A stretch of 16,996 nucleotides of DNA from assembly GCA_020344215.1 (NCBI GenBank), contig CP070815.1, positions 2,228,479-2,245,474 on the forward strand, in the 5' to 3' direction. Position numbers and translations under genes: made by a program. The notes beneath the pieces were generated by a model. It ran no database searches. It saw only the letters and a program-made list of their open reading frames with translations, and was not told the DNA's origin. Of this stretch, positions 12,456 to 16,996 are shown piece by piece. This stretch comes from Gemmatimonadota bacterium. GTDB lineage: Bacteria; Gemmatimonadota; Gemmatimonadetes; Palauibacterales; KS3-K002. How positions within the stretch are numbered: the first letter of the stretch is position 1; every line of letters starts with the position of its first letter.

Positions 12456-12754
12456 CGCACGTCCATCAATCCCCACAGCACGCGCTCCGCGCGCCCGTCG
12501 TTGTCGGTTACGCGATAGACGCGTCCACCGCGCTTGAGCTTCGCGATGTTGCGTTGTACGGACCGCAGCGTCGTGCCCGCGCCTGCTGCAATCTGGTACA
12601 TGTCGGCGACGCCGCCCAGTTGACGGAGCACGGCGATGATCTTCGCCTCGCCTTCGCCCGTGCCGTCGAGAAACGCGCACCGATCACATGCAGCCGCCTG
12701 TAGCTGCTTGCTGCGCCCGCACTCGCACCACGCTTCGATGGTGTCGCCAAGCAT
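12452..12754 (-). CDS. Zn-ribbon plus winged-helix-like DNA-binding protein (100 aa), translationally coupled to the polymerase
   Basis: ATG at 12754 with GGGGGAG 5 nt upstream. N-terminus has CEC...CDRC. IIAVLRQLGGVADMYQIAAGAGTTLRSVQRNIAKLKRGGRVYRV resembles a wHTH. The stop overlaps the polymerase ATG. Confidence 0.7.
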   Translation of the reverse strand: MLGDTIEAWCECGRSKQLQAAACDRCAFLDGTGEGEAKIIAVLRQLGGVADMYQIAAGAGTTLRSVQRNIAKLKRGGRVYRVTDNDGRAERVLWGLMDVR

Positions 12755-12774
12755 GAAATCTCCCCCGAGACATG

Positions 12775-12811
12775 TGGGGGACGGGCAGCGCGAACGCCGC
12801 ACCGTCCCCCA
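12775..12811 (-). terminator. Strong GC-rich hairpin (10-bp perfect stem, structured 17-nt loop) without a U-tract; putative terminator, attenuator or processing site
   Basis: TGGGGGACGG / CCGTCCCCCA pair perfectly. The loop can form about 5 more pairs around a tetraloop. It lies in the 66-nt gap between the DUF669 gene stop (12821) and the next ATG (12754). Confidence 0.45.
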
Positions 12812-12820
12812 GGATGCCGA

Positions 12821-13264
12821 TCAGCCGATCGGAGCCTCACACGTGATCTTCGACCACGTCCGCTCCTCCTCCACGCCCTGCTGGTTGCGCGCGGTGAAGG
12901 TGTCCTCGATGACCTTGCCGTGGAACTTGCAGCCCACGAACGCCTGCGCCGAGAACGCACCGCGACCGTCCACCGGCACGCCGGTGGCCTGGATCAGCGC
13001 CTTGATGCGACGGCGCGCGAACTCGTTGTCGCCGACCAGGGAGTACCAGTTGCGGATCGTGCGACCCTTGGCCGCTCCGCTCAGGACCGACGCGGTGACG
13101 ATCAGCGTCGGCTTGCCGGCGCGGCTCTGGTCCTGCTTGACTTCGGTGATCTCGAAGTCGTACTCGCCGGGCTCGACCATCTTGCGCTCGCCGTCGTGCG
13201 GCTCCAGCTCGGGATCATTGACGCCCATCCAGTCGATGTAGTCGCTGAAGTTGTTGTCGCTCAT
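12821..13264 (-). CDS. DUF669-like phage protein (147 aa; putative ssDNA-binding/recombination accessory protein)
   Basis: The pattern PGEYDFEITEVK...SRAGKPTLIVTASVLSG...KGRTI fits recalled DUF669 members. It has the typical position next to an AAA_24 ATPase. ATG at 13264 with GAGGAG 9 nt upstream. Confidence 0.75.
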   Translation of the reverse strand: MSDNNFSDYIDWMGVNDPELEPHDGERKMVEPGEYDFEITEVKQDQSRAGKPTLIVTASVLSGAAKGRTIRNWYSLVGDNEFARRRIKALIQATGVPVDGRGAFSAQAFVGCKFHGKVIEDTFTARNQQGVEEERTWSKITCEAPIG

Positions 13265-13267
13265 TCT

Positions 13268-13483
13268 CTATTGCTCCTCATGTTGAACGTCGTGTTGTTC
13301 GGGTTTGCCAAGCTGGTCGAACCACTCAACCAGCACGGAAGCGATGAAGGTGTCGGGGGCGACGAGTTGGCCCGCGACGAAGAATTCGGAGGTGTCAGTG
13401 TCGTCGTGGATCTCGACGGCGAAGGTGCCGTCGGAGGTCTTGACCCGCGTGACAGGGTTTCGACTGCTTTTCGCCATGATCAC
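13268..13483 (-). CDS. Hypothetical small acidic protein (71 aa)
   Basis: GTG at 13483 overlaps the ATPase TGA (GTGA), with GGGAGG 6 nt upstream. ATG at 13477 is an alternative start. Confidence 0.65.
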   Translation of the reverse strand: MIMAKSSRNPVTRVKTSDGTFAVEIHDDTDTSEFFVAGQLVAPDTFIASVLVEWFDQLGKPEQHDVQHEEQ

Positions 13484-14235
13484 TTTCGACCTCCCTTGCT
13501 GGGCGGCGCGGGCAGCGGCATCCCGATCGCGGTCGCGAACGCCGTGAACGTCGGCTCCAGGGGGTCCGGCAACTGCAAGTCACCCTGCCGACCACCCGCG
13601 ATGTACGGCCCAAACGGCTTGGTCCGGATCTCGAACGTCGGCGGCTCGTCGGCCTTGACGCGGTAGGCGCGCTGATACAGCAGGTACTCGCACCGGGCCG
13701 GGGCCTTGTCGCGAGTCTGGCCGGTGAGCAGCGGACCGCCCATCGAGCCGTCCTGCGGGGCCTTCTCCAGACACAGCCACAGCACGTTGACCGGCAGCTT
13801 GTGGACCTCGGTGATCAACCACGCGAGGTGCTGGCCGAGGTCGCCGTACAGCCGCCGCCGATCGACCTGATTGTTGCGCTTGACGGCCGCGACTTCGAGG
13901 CCGGTGTAGTACAGGTCCGAGTACAGGGTGAGGCTGTCGATGACCAACGTCTGGATGTCGCCCGGCGTCTGCTTGAGCCGCGTGCCGAGCGACTGGATCG
14001 ACTGGAACATGTCCTGCGGTTCTTCGATCGCCCAGACCTCGGGTATGAAGTTGGGGTCGTAGAAGTTCTCGGGGTTCATGTTGCGGATCGTCTCCCACCC
14101 CTTCTCCGTCGCATCTGCGAAGAACAGTGGGCGCGGCCACGTCGCGGCGAAGCGGGTCTTTCCGACCCGGCTCGCGCCGTAGGTCATCACGCTGATCGTG
14201 CGTGGCGCATTCTTCTTCAGATCGATGACTTTCAT
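13480..14235 (-). CDS. AAA_24 / RecA-like (Sak4-like) phage ATPase (251 aa)
   Basis: Walker A is MTYGASRVGKT and Walker B is TLVIDSL. Size and neighbourhood (DUF669, Cas4-like nuclease, helicase) are typical. ATG at 14235 with AGGAGAG upstream. Confidence 0.85.
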   Translation of the reverse strand: MKVIDLKKNAPRTISVMTYGASRVGKTRFAATWPRPLFFADATEKGWETIRNMNPENFYDPNFIPEVWAIEEPQDMFQSIQSLGTRLKQTPGDIQTLVIDSLTLYSDLYYTGLEVAAVKRNNQVDRRRLYGDLGQHLAWLITEVHKLPVNVLWLCLEKAPQDGSMGGPLLTGQTRDKAPARCEYLLYQRAYRVKADEPPTFEIRTKPFGPYIAGGRQGDLQLPDPLEPTFTAFATAIGMPLPAPPSKGGRK

Positions 14236-14239
14236 GGCT

Positions 14240-14446
14240 CTACTCTCCTACGAGTTTGTTGGGCGCGAATCTGCGCAAGATCTCCGTCGCCAGATCGACG
14301 GCAGCATTCGGACGAAGGCGAGCGATCGGCTCGCGCCATCTGGACTTCGGTCGCTGGTGACACACGAAGACGTCGCGCTCGCTGACGATGATACGGATGT
14401 CGCGGCGGTTGCCGGCGGCGCAGTCCTTGTCGACGTAGACGCTCAC
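14240..14446 (-). CDS. Hypothetical protein (68 aa)
   Basis: GTG at 14446 overlaps the HNH TGA (GTGA). Third-position GC is high. No motif recognised. Confidence 0.6.
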   Translation of the reverse strand: MSVYVDKDCAAGNRRDIRIIVSERDVFVCHQRPKSRWREPIARLRPNAAVDLATEILRRFAPNKLVGE

Positions 14447-14736
14447 GGCACACCGTCTACGGCGATGCGCGCCAGTTTCGCGAACAGAAGGCGCGCCTTG
14501 GGATCTACGGCCGAGTCAACCAATTCCGTTACCGCCACCCTGACAATGTCTGCGGGCCAGCGATCCAGTGGGATCCTGTCCAACAAGTCGTGGCAGTTGA
14601 TGCAGGCCGGTACGACGTGCTCACCCCCCAACCGTCGCGGTACTGGAAAGTGATCGTGCTCGTGCCGCGAGGACAGCCATGCTGTGCAATAGAAGCACTG
14701 CTCACACGCACCTGTTTGCGGGCACTTCGTAGTCAC
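14443..14736 (-). CDS. Small HNH endonuclease (97 aa)
   Basis: CEQCFYC...HEHDHFPVPRRLGGEHVVPACINCHDL matches the HNH pattern (H-DH...GG...N..CH flanked by CxxC pairs). GTG at 14736 overlaps the upstream TGA (GTGA). Confidence 0.85.
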   Translation of the reverse strand: MTTKCPQTGACEQCFYCTAWLSSRHEHDHFPVPRRLGGEHVVPACINCHDLLDRIPLDRWPADIVRVAVTELVDSAVDPKARLLFAKLARIAVDGVP

Positions 14737-15131
14737 TTGGTCCCCGGCAGTAGCTTGTTCGGGTCGCGCGCCGGGTAGTCGATCCCGAGCTTGTGCAGCA
14801 GGATCAAGATGCAGGCGCCGGCGTGTGCGAGGTGATGAATCTTCGAGTCGTCGGCGTAGTCGGGCTCGGTCGGGTCGGTGAACTTCTCGACGTGGCGACG
14901 CAGCGCCGCGCCGTAGACGTCGCGGTCGTCGTCGCGCCGCTCGATCCAGTTCCACGGCGCATAGCGATTCGCTCCATCCTCCATCGCAGCAGCGATGACG
15001 CGCAGCGGACGCGCCGGAATCAGGTTGAGCGGCGCCTTTACGCCACGCGGCTTGAGGTTGCGGGCGGCCCGTTCAGCCGCGTCGGCGCTGCGCGCCTCCG
15101 CGTCTTCACGGGAGTTTGTTCGAGTGCTCAC
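14733..15131 (-). CDS. DUF5664-like protein (132 aa; recalled as the dATP/dGTP diphosphohydrolase N-terminal-like domain)
   Basis: KAPLNLIPARPLRVIAAAMEDGANRYAPWNW...YGAALRHV fits my recollection of the DUF5664 pattern (P...L..VA.V...GA.KY..NW...Y.A..RH). GTG at 15131 overlaps the Cas4-like TGA (GTGA), with GGAGAA 6 nt upstream. The family assignment is from memory and not searched. Confidence 0.65.
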   Translation of the reverse strand: MSTRTNSREDAEARSADAAERAARNLKPRGVKAPLNLIPARPLRVIAAAMEDGANRYAPWNWIERRDDDRDVYGAALRRHVEKFTDPTEPDYADDSKIHHLAHAGACILILLHKLGIDYPARDPNKLLPGTK

Positions 15132-16087
15132 TTGAACTTCTCCGCGCAGTCGTCGAAGTATTCGCACGGGCCGTACTTGGTCGTGCAGTGCGCGCGGCTC
15201 CGGGGCCACGTGTTGGTGGCGACGCACATCTGCTCGATGGCGTTCCACACGCGCAGGTCTTTCTTGTGCGCCGTCGCCTGCCACTTCTGCACCGGCACGA
15301 CGACCCGCTCGAACTTCGGGATCTTCTGCTTGCCGATGATGTTGACGATGACGCCCATCAGCTTGCCGTACTTCTTGGTGAGCTTCGCCGGCTTGTAGAT
15401 CATGATCTGGCCGATGATCTCGCCGTCGTTCTTCCAGCCTTCGAGCGTCGCCATGTCGAAGCGGGAGCTGCTCTTATGTTCAACCACCCACGTGCCCGGC
15501 GCGATGAACGGGTTGGGCTCGACGCGCGCGATCAAGTCGTAGCGGCAGGTGTTGTCGCCGTCGGACGCGTACAACTCCTCGGCCAGCGGCGTGAGGTAGT
15601 CGTTGGGATAGTGGTTGCTGTAGGCTTCAAACAGCCGCCACGAGTCCTCGACCGCGCGCACGTCGCAGCCGATCTTCAGAAGCTCGTCGCGCAACCGCTC
15701 GGGCGTGATCCGACAGACCTGCGGCTCGCGCATCGCCCAGTAGTACAGCGCCATCATGGTGTGGAAGCACGAGCCGACTTCGAGTGCGCGGGACGGTCCG
15801 CCGCGTTTGCCGTCGATGTAGCGACGCTTGTAGAGGTGAAGACAACGCTGCATCGTCGCGATGCGCGACCACCCCCGGCCCGAGGCGCCGCCCATGCGCG
15901 GCATCCCGTACAGGTCGAACACCTGTTCGAGCGCCTCGTCCATCGGCATGATCGACGGGTCGCGGCCCAGGTAGATCAGATCGTTGGGCTTGTCATCCAT
16001 CGGCGGCAATGCCGACGGCGCGACCGGAAACTCAACCGTCTGTGTCGTCTGCGTCGTCTGAGTCCCGTTGTCAGGTGTTTTGGTCAT
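15128..16087 (-). CDS. Cas4-like / RecB-family PD-(D/E)XK exonuclease with Fe-S-type cysteines (319 aa)
   Basis: The nuclease core is an Asp (YDLIARVE) followed by VVEHK (E-x-K). There is one N-terminal Cys (VGSCFH) and a C-terminal CTTKYGPCEYFDDC cluster. ATG at 16087 overlaps the upstream TGA (ATGA). Confidence 0.8.
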   Translation of the reverse strand: MTKTPDNGTQTTQTTQTVEFPVAPSALPPMDDKPNDLIYLGRDPSIMPMDEALEQVFDLYGMPRMGGASGRGWSRIATMQRCLHLYKRRYIDGKRGGPSRALEVGSCFHTMMALYYWAMREPQVCRITPERLRDELLKIGCDVRAVEDSWRLFEAYSNHYPNDYLTPLAEELYASDGDNTCRYDLIARVEPNPFIAPGTWVVEHKSSSRFDMATLEGWKNDGEIIGQIMIYKPAKLTKKYGKLMGVIVNIIGKQKIPKFERVVVPVQKWQATAHKKDLRVWNAIEQMCVATNTWPRSRAHCTTKYGPCEYFDDCAEKFK

Positions 16088-16308
16088 CGATCTCGTTTCA
16101 TGCGGCGGGCGATGTTGTTGCAGTGGAAGCAGATCTTCGGTTGATGGCTGCTGTCGATCAGGTCTGCCGGTTGTCGCGACACGGCGCGATCTCGATCGAC
16201 GCAGCGGCAGACCGACATCGGCAGGTCGCACCGGAACAGGTGGTACTTGGCCCCCCGTCGCATCGATTTGCAGTAGATCCACTCATAGCCGTCGTCGCTG
16301 TTCGGCAT
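16084..16308 (-). CDS. Small Cys-rich protein (74 aa); possibly a detached C-terminal Zn-binding domain of the helicase
   Basis: ATG at 16308 lies inside a 16-nt tandem duplication and 26 nt before the helicase stop. Third-position GC is high. Cys pattern is C..C.C...CFHC. Confidence 0.6.
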   Translation of the reverse strand: MPNSDDGYEWIYCKSMRRGAKYHLFRCDLPMSVCRCVDRDRAVSRQPADLIDSSHQPKICFHCNNIARRMKRDR

Positions 16309-16996
16309 CGTCGCTGTTCGCCCCCAGTACAGCCGCCATCAACCGGTCCATGTCGCCTTCGTCGTCGAGCGCGAACGCGCTGCCCAGCATGTCGATCGCC
16401 GACTCGGCGGCCGGCACGCCCATGCGCTGCGCCGTCTTGCACTTCTCGACCAGAATCTCGGCCAGCCGCCGATCGACGACGTGATCGAGCACCACGTACT
16501 CGACGGTCATCGAGCGCGCTGGCGAGAACGTTCGCATCTCTGCCTGCGCGACCGTCGCCGGCGTGAAATCAAGCTCGGCGAAGATCTCGTAGCGCGCGTG
16601 GGACAGGTCGATCCCGACCTGCCCGACACCCATCGTCATCACCAGCGCGCTCGGTGTGACGGTACGGGCATACTCGAACGCGATCTCGCGCGCCTTCGCC
16701 GGCGTGTCGCCGTCGATGGCCGTCGCGGCCGGTCCACTTCCAGTGGAAAATTCCGTGTTGATGCCATCGGTGATCGCCTGCGCGAGATCCCGGTGCCACG
16801 TCCATACGACGACCGACTCGCCCAGGCGAAGTAGCTCGACTGCGCGCTTGATCGTCGGCTTGACCTTCAGGTGGCCGACGAGGCGGCGGAACCGTGCCAA
16901 CTCCCCGATCGGTGTGCGAAGCGCCGACTCGTCGCGTACGCGCTCGGCTTGCAACTCGATCTCGTAGGCATCCGTTTCGTGGACGGGTGCATGGAT
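16283..16996 (-). CDS. Helicase, C-terminal (Helicase_C, SNF2/DEAD-like) part; the 5' end lies beyond the right edge of the window
   Basis: The frame stays open to position 16996. ESVVVWTWHRDLAQAI...GDTPAKAR...LVMTMGVGQVGIDLSHARYEIFAELDFTPATVAQAEMR resembles helicase motifs IV to VI. Confidence 0.8.
   Translation of the reverse strand: MHAPVHETDAYEIELQAERVRDESALRTPIGELARFRRLVGHLKVKPTIKRAVELLRLGESVVVWTWHRDLAQAITDGINTEFSTGSGPAATAIDGDTPAKAREIAFEYARTVTPSALVMTMGVGQVGIDLSHARYEIFAELDFTPATVAQAEMRTFSPARSMTVEYVVLDHVVDRRLAEILVEKCKTAQRMGVPAAESAIDMLGSAFALDDEGDMDRLMAAVLGANSDDAEQRRRL
16290..16321. repeat. Tandem direct repeat of period 16 nt (exact 13-mer tcgtcgctgttcg at 16292..16304 and 16308..16320)
   Basis: Read directly from the sequence. 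The 15-nt units at 16290..16304 and 16306..16320 differ at one position. Confidence 0.9.

Noticed and set aside
12456-12680. N-terminal 75-codon extension of the polymerase track ORF (MRVSRRHGRRRGEDHRR...).
   Set aside because: It is Arg-rich and overlaps the well-supported wHTH gene in another frame. The ATG at 12455 forms an ATGA overlap with that gene's stop, and the UDG domain begins right after it.
14733-15131. A 2-aminoadenine (Z-genome) biosynthesis cluster.
   Set aside because: Only a DUF5664-like domain is present. No PurZ (adenylosuccinate-synthetase-like) or HD-domain DatZ homolog is recognisable in this window.
1-16996. CRISPR arrays, rRNA genes, and transposase or IS elements.
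   Set aside because: No regularly spaced direct repeats, no rRNA-like sequence and no transposase motifs were seen. The only mobile elements supported are the two inteins and the free-standing HNH endonuclease genes.

Overview
The window looks like a segment of a high-GC tailed dsDNA phage or prophage. It is very densely packed and almost entirely coded on the minus strand. Reading right to left on that strand, it starts with a replication and recombination module: the C-terminus of an SNF2/DEAD-like helicase, a small Cys-rich ORF, a Cas4-like PD-(D/E)XK nuclease, a DUF5664-like protein, an HNH endonuclease, an AAA_24/RecA-like ATPase, a DUF669 protein and a Zn-ribbon/winged-helix protein. 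Next is a family A DNA polymerase of 1427 codons. It carries an N-terminal family-4 uracil-DNA-glycosylase domain and is interrupted by two inteins, both inside conserved polymerase motifs. Further left are small accessory genes: a free-standing NUMOD4/HNH homing endonuclease, an MT-A70 adenine methyltransferase, a DUF1508 protein and several Zn-ribbon proteins. These are followed by a lysis cassette (M15 endolysin and a two-TM holin-like protein) and by two tail-fibre-like paralogs. Only two units are on the plus strand: a small basic protein (1450..1764), and an island made of a PTH2-type peptidyl-tRNA hydrolase followed by two tRNA-like genes. The most unusual observation is that both tRNA-like genes have non-canonical anticodon arms. 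One has an anticodon stem about twice the normal length, possibly capped by a UUCG tetraloop, plus a bulged T stem. The other has a 9-nt anticodon loop. Other items worth a second look are a 16-nt tandem duplication that splits a Cys-rich C-terminal domain off the helicase, a 42-nt near-identical 5' end shared by the two tail-fibre genes, and several strong palindromes and repeated motifs in the rare intergenic gaps. Twelve gene junctions use GTGA or ATGA overlaps. All calls come from reading the sequence and recalling family motifs. No database search, tRNA scan or RNA folding program was run, and functional names are inferences from motifs.
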